A program made the position numbers and the translations under genes. A model generated the notes under the pieces. The model was not told the origin of the DNA, searched no databases, and saw only the letters and a program-made list of their open reading frames with translations. 64,000 bases of DNA from positions 5,177 to 69,176 of the forward strand of contig CAJUHR010000025.1 in assembly GCA_910586255.1 (NCBI GenBank), in the 5' to 3' direction. Positions 20,831 through 29,922 of this stretch are shown piece by piece (the stretch's first letter is position 1; the number at the start of each line of letters is the position of its first letter). The DNA comes from an uncultured Lachnospiraceae bacterium (GTDB taxonomy: Bacteria > Bacillota > Clostridia > Lachnospirales > Lachnospiraceae).

Positions 20831-20912
20831 GAAAGAGACAAAAAGCCGTCTGTGGCGGCTAAAGTGAGGGAGAAGCAAAAAGCAGGGACTTCAGGCCGAA
20901 CGACAGAAGGGA

Positions 20913-21995
20913 GTGGTGAGCTTGGCAGAGTCTGGCGGACAGGAAAAGACCGAGAAACCAACCAGTAAACGGCGGAAGGACGCCCGGAAGGAAGGAAATG
21001 TATTCCAGAGCAGAGATGCCGTGACGGTTGTGATGCTGTTCGGGGTTTTCTATATCCTCAAGCTGGTATTGCCTCTCCTGTATGAGACCATACGGGATTG
21101 TATGGTTTATTTTTTTCGCGCGGTGGGGACTGAGAATCCTTTGGGCTCCTCGCCTCATATTTATGTGTATATGGTGGTGGCGGTATTAAAATGTGCTATG
21201 CCGGTTCTGCTGGCGTCTGTGGTGCTGGGAATCATTGCCCATGGTATACAGACCCGGTTCAATATCAGCTTTCAGGTGCTCCGCCCCAAGTTCAGCAAGT
21301 TAAATCCTATCAGCGGAATCAAGCGCATGTTTGGCATTAAGAAGCTGGTGGATTTGGCAAAGAATCTGATAAAGATTGCACTTTTGATTGCCTTGTTATA
21401 TAATTTATTGAGGACCGATCTGGATGAGATATCCCGGATGTTGGATATGCAGATATATCCATCGACTATCCGGATGCTGGAGATGGTGTTTGAGCTGGTT
21501 CTCAAGGTCTGTGTGGCTTTTACAGTGGTTGCTTTTTTTGATTACCTTTACCAGCGGTGGGATTATGAGAATAATCTGAAGATGACCAAGCAGGAGGTAA
21601 AGGACGAGTACAAGAATACAGAAGGAAATCCGGAGATTAAGGGACGAATCCGGAGAATCCAGCGGCAGATGGCTATGAGCCGCATGATGCAGAAGGTTCC
21701 GGAGGCAGATGTGATTGTGAGAAACCCGACACATTTTGCCGTGGCGCTGAAATACGACCCGGATAAATATGGGGCCCCGGTGGTTCTTGCCAAAGGGCAG
21801 GATGAGCTGGCACTGCGGATTGTGCGTGTCGGTGAGGAACACGGGGTATATGTGATAGAGAACCGGCCGCTGGCCAGGGCTCTCTATGCTTCCTGTGAAC
21901 TGGACCGGGAGATCCCGGCAGAGTTTTATGGGGCAGTGGCAGAGATTCTGGTATATATATACCGGCAAAGCCACAGGGAGGATATGCTCCGGTAG
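20913..21995 (+). CDS. flhB: flagellar export switch protein FlhB
   Basis: N-terminus 'EKTEKPTSKRRKDARKEGNV', four TM segments, and the autocleavage site 'NPTHFAVALKY'. Confidence 0.95.
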   Translation: MVSLAESGGQEKTEKPTSKRRKDARKEGNVFQSRDAVTVVMLFGVFYILKLVLPLLYETIRDCMVYFFRAVGTENPLGSSPHIYVYMVVAVLKCAMPVLLASVVLGIIAHGIQTRFNISFQVLRPKFSKLNPISGIKRMFGIKKLVDLAKNLIKIALLIALLYNLLRTDLDEISRMLDMQIYPSTIRMLEMVFELVLKVCVAFTVVAFFDYLYQRWDYENNLKMTKQEVKDEYKNTEGNPEIKGRIRRIQRQMAMSRMMQKVPEADVIVRNPTHFAVALKYDPDKYGAPVVLAKGQDELALRIVRVGEEHGVYVIENRPLARALYASCELDREIPAEFYGAVAEILVYIYRQSHREDMLR

Positions 21996-22076
21996 GAGAG
22001 AGGACTTTATTGCGAAGTATCCAAAAATGCAGGAATATGCGTTTTATGGAATTCATATTAATGGATGGAGCTTTTC

Positions 22077-24221
22077 ATGAAGAGAATACTGAGTTATTCG
22101 GTGGTACTGTTTGTGCTGACCGTAATCCTGTTATTGATTATACCACTGCCTGCGGCCCTGGTGGATGTGGCCATTATCATCAACATGTCACTTTCCATGA
22201 TGATACTGGTCACTACAATGACTATCCGGGAACCGCTGGAGTTTTCTATATTTCCGTCATTGCTGCTGATCACCACATTGTTCCGTCTGGGAATCAATGT
22301 GTCCACCACCAGGAATATTTTGAGCAACTCCGGTTCCTCAGGACAGATCATCAAGGCCTTTGGCGACTTTGTTCTCCAGGGGAATGTGGTGGTCGGTATG
22401 ATCATCTATATGATCATTGTGCTGATGCAGTTTATCGTTATCACCAAGGGCGCGGAGCGTGTGTCTGAGGTAGCGGCAAGATTTACTCTGGACGCCATGC
22501 CAGGTAAGCAGATGGCCATTGACGCGGACTTAAATTCCGGCCTGATCAATGAGCAGCAGGCAAAGATCCGGCGTGAAAAGATCCAGAGAGAGGCTGACTT
22601 CTACGGCTCCATGGACGGTGCCACCAAGATCGTAAAGGGCGATTCGGTGATGTCTTTGATCACCACGGCCATCAATCTGATCGGAGGAAGCATCATTGGT
22701 ATTGTCCAGTCGGGACAGGATATCGGAACCGTGCTAAACACCTATTCCATCGCCACCGTAGGCGATGGTCTGGTTGGGCAGATCCCTTCGCTTCTGATCT
22801 CCACGGCCACAGGCATGATCGTAACCCGCGCCGTATCGGAGGGCAGTCTGAACGAGGACGTGTCCAAGCAGTTTATGGGGCAGCCCACGGCCATTATGAT
22901 CAGCGGCATTGTGATTGCGGTGCTGACCGTGATTCCGGGGATGCCGGTGATTCAGCTTCTGATCATCTCCGTGGGACTGATCGGCGGAGGATATTATCTG
23001 TCCAGACGGCTCCAGGCAGAGCCGGGCCTGGCTGCGGCAGGTGCCTTTGGAGGCGGAGGGGAAGCCAGCATGGCGCCCGAGGCCCAGGAGGAGGAAGCTC
23101 AGGAGGAGGCGGCCAGACCGGTCAGCGAGGAGGAATACTTCAAGGATGTGAACAATGTTTATACCCTGCTTTCCGTGGAGGCTATTGAGATGGAGTTCGG
23201 ATACAGTCTGATTCCTCTGGTGGATGAGACAGTGGGAGGACGGCTGATCAACCGGATTATCATATTCCGGAGACAGTATGCACAGGACATGGGATTTGTC
23301 ATTCCATCCATCCGGCTGAGAGACAGCTCTGGTCTGAATACCAACCAGTATTGTATCAAGATCAAGGGCGAGGAAGTGGCCAAGGGGGAGATTCTGGTGG
23401 ATTATTACCTGGCCTTAGAGCCGGAGAATCCGGAAAAGGAGATTGATGGTATTGAGACCATTGAGCCGGCCTATGGTATTCCGAGCCGCTGGATCCGGCC
23501 GGAGGACAGGGAGCTGGCAGAGATCTACGGCTACACGGTCATTGACCCGCTGTCCGTGCTGGTGACCCACTTGTCGGAGGTAGTCAAGCAGCATGCTCAT
23601 GAGCTGATCACCAGACAGGAAGTGATTCATCTGGTGGAGAATATCAAAAAGACCTCCCCGGAGCTGGTGGAGGAAGCGTTCCCCAATGTGGTCAGCTATG
23701 GACTGTTCCAGAAGATTCTGACCAGCCTTTTGAAGGAAGGGGTTCCCATCAAGGATTTGGAGACGATTATAGAGACGATCATGGAGACCATCTCGGACAC
23801 GGGCCTTCCGGTCAAGGATGTGGACAGCATGATCGAGAATATCCGTGCCGCATTAAAGCGAACCATTACCCGCATGTACTGCGAGGATGGCAGCATGAAG
23901 GTGATCACCATGGATGCGGAGCTGGAGAGAACTATGGTAGGGTGCCTTTCCAAGGGGGAGAGAGGCTATTATCTGGCCTTAAGCCCGGATGTGCTTCAGA
24001 GCCTGGTCAATCAGGTAACGGTTCAGCTGAAAAAATTCAGCGGGCTTTCCCAAAGCCCGGTTATATTGACTTCCCAGGTAATGCGGGTTCATTTTTACCG
24101 GTTGATTGATCAGTTTTATCCCAATGTCAGGGTACTCTCTTTTAATGAGATATCCAACAATGTCCAGATTCAGTCCATTGGCAGCCTGACTCTCGATAAT
24201 ACAGGGAGAAAGGGCGCTTGA
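22077..24221 (+). CDS. flhA: flagellar export gate protein FlhA
   Basis: 'FGDFVLQGNVVVGMIIYMIIVLMQFIVITKGAERVSEVAARFTLDAMPGKQMAIDADL' is the FHIPEP signature. I set the start at ATG 22077, behind GGATGGAG. Confidence 0.96.
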   Translation: MKRILSYSVVLFVLTVILLLIIPLPAALVDVAIIINMSLSMMILVTTMTIREPLEFSIFPSLLLITTLFRLGINVSTTRNILSNSGSSGQIIKAFGDFVLQGNVVVGMIIYMIIVLMQFIVITKGAERVSEVAARFTLDAMPGKQMAIDADLNSGLINEQQAKIRREKIQREADFYGSMDGATKIVKGDSVMSLITTAINLIGGSIIGIVQSGQDIGTVLNTYSIATVGDGLVGQIPSLLISTATGMIVTRAVSEGSLNEDVSKQFMGQPTAIMISGIVIAVLTVIPGMPVIQLLIISVGLIGGGYYLSRRLQAEPGLAAAGAFGGGGEASMAPEAQEEEAQEEAARPVSEEEYFKDVNNVYTLLSVEAIEMEFGYSLIPLVDETVGGRLINRIIIFRRQYAQDMGFVIPSIRLRDSSGLNTNQYCIKIKGEEVAKGEILVDYYLALEPENPEKEIDGIETIEPAYGIPSRWIRPEDRELAEIYGYTVIDPLSVLVTHLSEVVKQHAHELITRQEVIHLVENIKKTSPELVEEAFPNVVSYGLFQKILTSLLKEGVPIKDLETIIETIMETISDTGLPVKDVDSMIENIRAALKRTITRMYCEDGSMKVITMDAELERTMVGCLSKGERGYYLALSPDVLQSLVNQVTVQLKKFSGLSQSPVILTSQVMRVHFYRLIDQFYPNVRVLSFNEISNNVQIQSIGSLTLDNTGRKGA

Positions 24222-24246
24222 ATGATCCAAAGGAGGTGACGAGAGA

Positions 24247-25017
24247 ATGCTGCCCACGGATTACCTGGAGGAAAAGACCAACGAAGAGCTTTTAGAGATG
24301 TATCGGAAGGAAGGAAAGCTGGAGGTAAAGCAGGCATTGACTCTCCGTCATCTCTACATAGTAAAAACCATTGCCCTTCAGATGCGCAGTGTCTATGCAG
24401 GAACCCTTCAGATGGAAGATATTATCAATGAAGGCGTCATTGCTATTATGAAGGGTATTGACAGATATGACCCGGAGCGGGATAATAAGTTTGAGACCTT
24501 TATATCCCGGAGAATCCGTGGCATGATTATTGATCTGGTCCGCAAAAACGACTGGATGCCCAGAGATTTCCGCAAGCAGGTAAAGTCCATTGAGGATGCC
24601 CGAACGGCCTTGGATCGGGAGCTGGGCCATCCCCCTTCTGATGAGGAGCTGGCGGCTTATGTGGGAATGGATGTCCGCAAATACCGGAAGCTTCAGCGGA
24701 TGAGCGTGATGATGAATGTGCTTTCTCTTGACATGATTACAGATGATGAGGGAGAACACCAGTCATTGCAGCTATCCAGCGGGGATCTGGATTCCCAGCC
24801 GGAGAAAGCCTTTCTTAAGGGAGAGTCCCGTCAGATTCTGGCGGAAGCTATTGAAAGCCTGAAAGAGAAGGAGAAGCTGGTGATCTCCCTGTACTATGTG
24901 GAGGAGCTGAACATGGGCCAGATTGCCCAGATTTTAAAGGTCAGCGAGCCGCGAATTTCCCAGATCCACAGCTCGGCAATCAGAAAGCTCAAGGCATATA
25001 TGAGTAATTATCGCTAG
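24247..25017 (+). CDS. fliA: flagellar sigma factor sigma-28 (FliA/SigD)
   Basis: The sigma-70 family regions 2-4 are present ('YIVKTIALQM', 'FETFISRRIRGMIID', 'MGQIAQILKVSEPRISQIHSSAIRKLK'). It begins 25 nt after flhA. Confidence 0.9.
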   Translation: MLPTDYLEEKTNEELLEMYRKEGKLEVKQALTLRHLYIVKTIALQMRSVYAGTLQMEDIINEGVIAIMKGIDRYDPERDNKFETFISRRIRGMIIDLVRKNDWMPRDFRKQVKSIEDARTALDRELGHPPSDEELAAYVGMDVRKYRKLQRMSVMMNVLSLDMITDDEGEHQSLQLSSGDLDSQPEKAFLKGESRQILAEAIESLKEKEKLVISLYYVEELNMGQIAQILKVSEPRISQIHSSAIRKLKAYMSNYR

Positions 25018-25067
25018 TATTGCGATATATTGAAATATACAGACAGAATCAAAAGGAGGAGACAGGC

Positions 25068-25862
25068 ATGTATCAGGGATTTTATAATCTGGCATCTGGT
25101 ATGCTTACACAGAGCAGAAATCTCAACGTAATCAGTAATAACATGGTAAACATCCAGACTCCAGGCTATAAGCGGGATAAGATGGTCAGCACCACTTTCC
25201 AGGAGGAGATGCTTTACCGGACAGGAAAACGCTATAAGGAGGATCCGGAGCCTCTTGCCACTACCTCCAAGATTCGGACAGCAGAGAGAACCTATGTGAA
25301 CTATGAGCAGGGGAGCTTTGATGTGACCGATGGGATCTTTGATTTTGCCCTGGCAGACAGGGGATTTTTCTGCATTGACACTCCCATGGGGGTTCGATAT
25401 ACCCGCAATGGTTCCTTCGCTGTGGACAGTGAAGGATATCTGTCGTTAAACGGTATGGGCCGCGTTCAGGGAACCGATGGACAGCCGATCCGTATTGACA
25501 ATGAGAACTTTACTGTGGACGGGAGAGGGACAATTCGCGTCACAGAAACCAGCGGCGGTGGCGGCGAGGATGAGGAGACCACAACAGAGACCCGCGAGAT
25601 GGGAACCTTAAGGGTCGTGGATTTTGAGGACTATGAGCAGCTTCATAAGGAGGACTATGGTCTGTACTCCACCGGCCAGGGGGCTCAGGATGTGGAGAAC
25701 CCCTCGATAGTGTGGCAGAGCTTAGAAAAGTCCAATGTGGATATGGTGGAAGAAATGGTTTCCATGATGACATCCCAGAGGGCTTTACAGAGTGCTGCAC
25801 AGGTGCTCAAAATGTATGACCAGGTTATGAATAAAGCGGCCACGGATGTGGGACGGCTGTAA
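25068..25862 (+). CDS. flagellar rod protein, FlgF-like
   Basis: N-terminus 'ASGMLTQSRNLNVISNNMVNIQTPGYK' and C-terminus 'SNVDMVEEMVSMMTSQRALQSAAQVLKMYDQV'. The ATG at 25068 follows AAAAGGAGGAG. Confidence 0.8.
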   Translation: MYQGFYNLASGMLTQSRNLNVISNNMVNIQTPGYKRDKMVSTTFQEEMLYRTGKRYKEDPEPLATTSKIRTAERTYVNYEQGSFDVTDGIFDFALADRGFFCIDTPMGVRYTRNGSFAVDSEGYLSLNGMGRVQGTDGQPIRIDNENFTVDGRGTIRVTETSGGGGEDEETTTETREMGTLRVVDFEDYEQLHKEDYGLYSTGQGAQDVENPSIVWQSLEKSNVDMVEEMVSMMTSQRALQSAAQVLKMYDQVMNKAATDVGRL

Positions 25863-25878
25863 TAGGGGAGGATAAATT

Positions 25879-26673
25879 ATGTATCAGTCATTTTATACAG
25901 GTGCCTTAGGCGCAGGGAGCTGTATGGCAAGGATGGGGGTGATTGCCAACAATCTGGCCAACATTAACAATGATGGATTTAAACCAAAGACAGCGGCATT
26001 TTCCGATCTTCTCAATTATAATCTGAATGATTCCGAGGGAGCGGTCACAGAGCTGATGGCAGGCAACGGTGTGCGGATGCAGCGCACCTATACCGGCTAT
26101 GGCACAGGCGCCATTGTTCAGACAACCAGCGATTGTGATTTTGCCATTATGGAGGACAATGCCTTTTTTATGGTTCAGGATCCGGCTACCGGGGAGATTA
26201 CCTACACCAGAAGCGGAAATTTTCACAAAGGGCAGATGGAGGACGGGTATTACCTGACCACAGCCAACGGAAAGCTGGTTTTGGACCAGAACGGAGAACC
26301 GCTTAAGGTGGATGTGGCGGATGTGGATGAGATGCAGGCGGAGATGGACGAGGACTATGAGCCGGAGGAAGTGGATGAGGATGAGGAGGACGAGGAGGAG
26401 GATGAAGATAAGCCCCGTCTCAGTGTGTATACGTTTTCCAATCCCAGCTGGCTGATGAGTGTGGGGGACAATGAATATGCTGCTCCTGCCGGCATGGAGC
26501 CTCAGCTGGTGGAGAATCCCAGAATTGTATCCAGCGCCTTAGAGCGTTCCGGGACGGATCTTTCCAAGGAAATGGTGCGTGTGATTGAGTGTCAGCGTGC
26601 TTATTCCTATGCGCTTAAGATGGTAACTACATCGGATGAGATTGAATCTACGATTAATTCCCTTAGAGGGTAA
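25879..26673 (+). CDS. flgG: flagellar distal rod protein, FlgG-like
   Basis: 'MGVIANNLANINNDGFKPKTAAFSDLL' and 'LSKEMVRVIECQRAYSYALKMVTTSDEI'. The protein contains a poly-acidic insertion. Confidence 0.75.
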   Translation: MYQSFYTGALGAGSCMARMGVIANNLANINNDGFKPKTAAFSDLLNYNLNDSEGAVTELMAGNGVRMQRTYTGYGTGAIVQTTSDCDFAIMEDNAFFMVQDPATGEITYTRSGNFHKGQMEDGYYLTTANGKLVLDQNGEPLKVDVADVDEMQAEMDEDYEPEEVDEDEEDEEEDEDKPRLSVYTFSNPSWLMSVGDNEYAAPAGMEPQLVENPRIVSSALERSGTDLSKEMVRVIECQRAYSYALKMVTTSDEIESTINSLRG

Positions 26674-26696
26674 TCGAATAAACGGGAGGGCATACA

Positions 26697-27323
26697 GTGA
26701 CTAAGAAATTGACGAGCTATGAAGACATGAATCTTCAGGAGCTGGATGTGATGAAGGAGATCAGCAGCATTGGTACCAGCCATGCCGCCACGGCTCTGTC
26801 TAAGCTTCTGCAGAAGGAGGTGCGGATCTCGATTCCGGAGGTCAGTGTCCTTGGCTATGACGAGACGGTGAGCCGGATTGGTGATATTGAGGAGCTTGTG
26901 ACAGCTACTTTAGTGCGGATGTCCAATGAGGTAGACGGACTGATGCTGTTTATCTTTAAGCAGGATCTGGCCAATGTGGTGTTAGAGAAGTTGATTGGCA
27001 GAGGCTATGATTCCTTTGATCAGATGGATGAGCTGGCTTATTCGGCTTTGGAAGAGGTAGGCAATATTATTATCTGCTCCTATGTCAATGCCTTCACTCA
27101 GCTGGTTGGGGTGGAGATCGATTTGTCGGTTCCCAGCTCTACCTTAAATATGCTGGGGGGGATTTTGACGGTTCCCATGGCGGAATATGGTTACGAGACG
27201 GATAAGCTGATGTATATCAATGCAGAGTTTATTATGGATGGCAAAAAGTTGTCGGATGGGCTTTTGATGCTTCCGGATATTGCCTCCCTCAATAGTATTT
27301 TAGGGAAATTAGGAGTTTTGTGA
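26697..27323 (+). CDS. cheC: CheY-P phosphatase CheC
   Basis: It has two CheC-type repeats. The second fits S-x3-E-x2-N-x22-P exactly ('SALEEVGN...SVP'). The first has Ser in place of Asn ('DVMKEISS...SIP'). Confidence 0.85.
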   Translation: MTKKLTSYEDMNLQELDVMKEISSIGTSHAATALSKLLQKEVRISIPEVSVLGYDETVSRIGDIEELVTATLVRMSNEVDGLMLFIFKQDLANVVLEKLIGRGYDSFDQMDELAYSALEEVGNIIICSYVNAFTQLVGVEIDLSVPSSTLNMLGGILTVPMAEYGYETDKLMYINAEFIMDGKKLSDGLLMLPDIASLNSILGKLGVL

Positions 27324-27808
27324 TGGCAGACAAGGACATAAAAGTAGGAATCGGTGATATGAAATTCACCAGGGGAAACGGTACAATTATTACATATGCC
27401 CTTGGTTCCTGCATCGGGATAACTGTGTATGATCCGGCGATTAAGCTGGGAGGACTTCTGCACATTATGCTGCCGTCCAGAAGCGATCCCAATGATATCA
27501 AGGTGTTTAAATATGCGGACAGCGGAATCCATGAGATGATCCGCAAGCTCACCGCATTTGGAATGGTAAAAAGCAGGGCCATTGTAAAGATTGCAGGCGG
27601 GGCAAAAATGTTCGATATTAAAGGAAATACTGATTTTGGCAATATCGGACAGAGAAATGCATCAATGGTGAAGAAAATATTGACGGAAGAGAGATTGCGC
27701 ATTTCAGCAGAGGATACCGGCGGGGCCTACGCCCGGACCATGCTATTAAATGTGGCTACCGGGGATGTATTCATCCGCACGGTGGGGAAACCGGAGAAGA
27801 AGCTGTAA
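27323..27808 (+). CDS. cheD: chemoreceptor glutamine deamidase CheD
   Basis: 'ALGSCIGITVYDPAIKLGGLLHIMLP' is the CheD signature. The start is a TGATG overlap with cheC. Confidence 0.9.
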   Translation: MADKDIKVGIGDMKFTRGNGTIITYALGSCIGITVYDPAIKLGGLLHIMLPSRSDPNDIKVFKYADSGIHEMIRKLTAFGMVKSRAIVKIAGGAKMFDIKGNTDFGNIGQRNASMVKKILTEERLRISAEDTGGAYARTMLLNVATGDVFIRTVGKPEKKL

Positions 27809-27826
27809 GGGCTTAGAGAGGAGCGT

Positions 27827-28771
27827 ATGAACATGGAGAAAGAAAAAGAAGGTATCCTGCTGGAATCGGGTACGAATGAGATTGAAATCATGAAGTTTAC
27901 GATCCAGGGAGAGTTTTACGGGATCAATGTGGCAAAGGTCAAGGAGATCATGATGGCGGAAAAGGTCAAAGCCATGCCTCATGCGCATCCGGCTGTGGAG
28001 GGGATTTTTAAGCCCAGGGATATTTTGATCACAGTGATCGATCTTGGATTTTATCTGACCGGCGAGCGTCTGGATCATAAGGCGAGGGAACTGTTTATTG
28101 TGACTAATTTCAACAAGATGACAGTGGCTTTCCGGGTGCAGAGCATAGAGGGGATCAGCCGGATCTCCTGGAAGGATATCCAGAAGCCGGATAAGACTCT
28201 GACAAATGGAGATGACGGGGTGGCCACGGGGATTGCCCAGTGTGCCGGGGAGCTGGTGACAATCCTTGACTTTGAGAAGATTGTGGCGGAGATTGCTCCT
28301 GAAACCAGTATCCAGCTTTCAGAGGTGGATCAGATGGGCGACCGGCCAATCTGCAATAATCCGCTGGTGATTGCTGAGGATTCTATTCTTTTGCAGAAGA
28401 TGATTGACGAGGCGCTGCAGCGGGCAGGCTTCACCAATGTTAAGAACTTTAATAATGGTCAGGAGGCCTGGGATTATCTTCACTCTATCAGCGAGGCCGA
28501 GGATCTCTATGAGAAGGTGAATCTGGTTATTACGGATATTGAGATGCCCAAGATGGACGGACACAGGCTGACGAAGCTGATCAAGGATGATCCCAGGCTA
28601 AAGCATTTGCCGGTGGTAATCTTCTCTTCCCTCATTGATGATCAGATGCGGATCAAGGGCCAGACACTGGGAGCAGACGAACAGCTGACCAAGCCGGAGA
28701 TAGGAAATCTTGTCCATGTGATTGATCGTTTGCTGGTTCGGTTTGAGAGAACGATTCGGGATATGGAGTAG
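27827..28771 (+). CDS. cheV: chemotaxis coupling protein CheV (CheW domain plus REC domain)
   Basis: The N-terminal CheW-like domain ('EIEIMKFTIQGEFYGINVAKVKEI') is followed by a C-terminal receiver ('LVIAEDSILL', 'VITDIEMPKMDG'). Confidence 0.88.
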   Translation: MNMEKEKEGILLESGTNEIEIMKFTIQGEFYGINVAKVKEIMMAEKVKAMPHAHPAVEGIFKPRDILITVIDLGFYLTGERLDHKARELFIVTNFNKMTVAFRVQSIEGISRISWKDIQKPDKTLTNGDDGVATGIAQCAGELVTILDFEKIVAEIAPETSIQLSEVDQMGDRPICNNPLVIAEDSILLQKMIDEALQRAGFTNVKNFNNGQEAWDYLHSISEAEDLYEKVNLVITDIEMPKMDGHRLTKLIKDDPRLKHLPVVIFSSLIDDQMRIKGQTLGADEQLTKPEIGNLVHVIDRLLVRFERTIRDME

Positions 28772-28781
28772 TTTGATTGAC

Positions 28782-28812
28782 GTAACAGTTCAGGGGTTAT
28801 CCGAACTGTTAC
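28782..28812. repeat. GTAACAG/CTGTTAC hairpin repeat (type B), copy 1
   Basis: GTAACAGTT-caggggttatccg-AACTGTTAC has a perfect 9-bp stem. It lies 11 nt after the cheV stop. It matches the copy at 37439 at 28 of 31 positions. Confidence 0.7.
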
Positions 28813-28845
28813 TGATTGACGGAGGTTGATGGCTTGAAAAAATGT

Positions 28846-29766
28846 ATGCGGGTTGTATGCACAGGCCTGATCTTGGGCCTGATGACAGCTTTTCCGGTTT
28901 TGGCGGGAGAGTGGGAGCGGTCAGAGGACGGAAAGTACTGGACTTATTGTGAGTCTCCCGGAACACCGATTGAGGACGAGTGGATCGAGGATGACGGAAA
29001 AACCTATTATGTGGATTCCAAGGGCAGAATGAAAACCGGATGGGTGACCAACAAGGATACAGGTGACAAGTACTTTATGGGCGAGGACGGAGCTATGTGC
29101 TTTGATACCTTTACCAAAGACAACAAATATGTAGGGCCGGACGGGCTTTGTGTAGAGCGGTATGATACCTACCGGAAGGCAGTCCGCTCTCAGATAAAAA
29201 AGGCCGCCAGAAAAAAGAACACAAAGAAAAATACCGGGAGTCTGGGGGCCGCCGGGGAGACATGGCAGCAATATTTTCTCATGACGGATCTGAATCTGGA
29301 TGAATACCTGGATTTGGTGGTGATGGAAGGCACGGAGACAAACAAGAGCCTTGTGGAGATCGCTATCTGGGATCCGGAGGAGGATAAATTTCAGCTGACA
29401 GCAGAGTTTGATGAGCCGGAGGAGGGCGGAGCCCGCAGCAATCTGTATCTGGATCCTTACGGGGAGACCATATGGCTGGAGATAGCAGAGCCAAACGGGG
29501 ATTTCCGCTTGTTTCAGATGGAGGATCAGGATGCAGGCTTTAAAGGGGTTTGGAGCTTTGTCATGGAGTTAGATGACTGGGGCGGTCCGGAATATCTGGT
29601 CAACGGACAGGCGGAGGATAAAGATGAGTGGGATCAGGATATGGCAGAGGCCCTGCGAATGCGGGGAGATGCGGTTCTGACCGGTTATCTTCCGGCTACC
29701 GAGGAAAACATCCAGTCGCAAGTGGATCGGGTGTTGACGGAGGACGAGCTGGAAAAGTGGAGCTGA
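28846..29766 (+). CDS. secreted protein with cell-wall-binding (choline-binding-type) repeats and an unknown acidic C-terminal domain
   Basis: It has a signal-peptide-like N-terminus ('MRVVCTGLILGLMTAFPVLAG') and repeats 'DGKTYYVDSKGRMKTGWV' and 'DKYFMGEDGAM'. The start was moved to ATG 28846. Confidence 0.6.
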   Translation: MRVVCTGLILGLMTAFPVLAGEWERSEDGKYWTYCESPGTPIEDEWIEDDGKTYYVDSKGRMKTGWVTNKDTGDKYFMGEDGAMCFDTFTKDNKYVGPDGLCVERYDTYRKAVRSQIKKAARKKNTKKNTGSLGAAGETWQQYFLMTDLNLDEYLDLVVMEGTETNKSLVEIAIWDPEEDKFQLTAEFDEPEEGGARSNLYLDPYGETIWLEIAEPNGDFRLFQMEDQDAGFKGVWSFVMELDDWGGPEYLVNGQAEDKDEWDQDMAEALRMRGDAVLTGYLPATEENIQSQVDRVLTEDELEKWS

Positions 29767-29772
29767 ATTATT

Positions 29773-29819
29773 GTAACAGCTCAGAGGGGGATCTTCTTGC
29801 CTGTTGTCTGAGCTGCTAC
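29773..29819. repeat. GTAACAG/CTGTTAC hairpin repeat (type B), copy 2
   Basis: GTAACAGCTCAGA-(21 nt)-TCTGAGCTGCTAC forms a 13-bp stem with one mismatch. It lies 7 nt after the preceding stop. Confidence 0.65.
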
Positions 29820-29893
29820 GAATTATTAAGGATCAGAGATCACATGATTTCTGGTCTTTTTTACAATGTTTTAAGGATGTTATCTTGTTTTGC

Positions 29894-29922
29894 TTGACAA
29901 AGGGTTATGGTCCCTATATACT
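29894..29922 (+). promoter_or_regulatory. sigma-A-type promoter candidate upstream of the Rpn-family gene
   Basis: TTGACA (29894-29899), a 17-nt spacer, then TATACT (29917-29922). Confidence 0.45.

Noticed and set aside
22010-22468. A 152-aa ORF overlapping the flhA 5' region in another frame.
   Set aside because: It is out of frame with the strongly conserved FlhA N-terminal TM region, is rich in His, Cys and Arg, and has no support.
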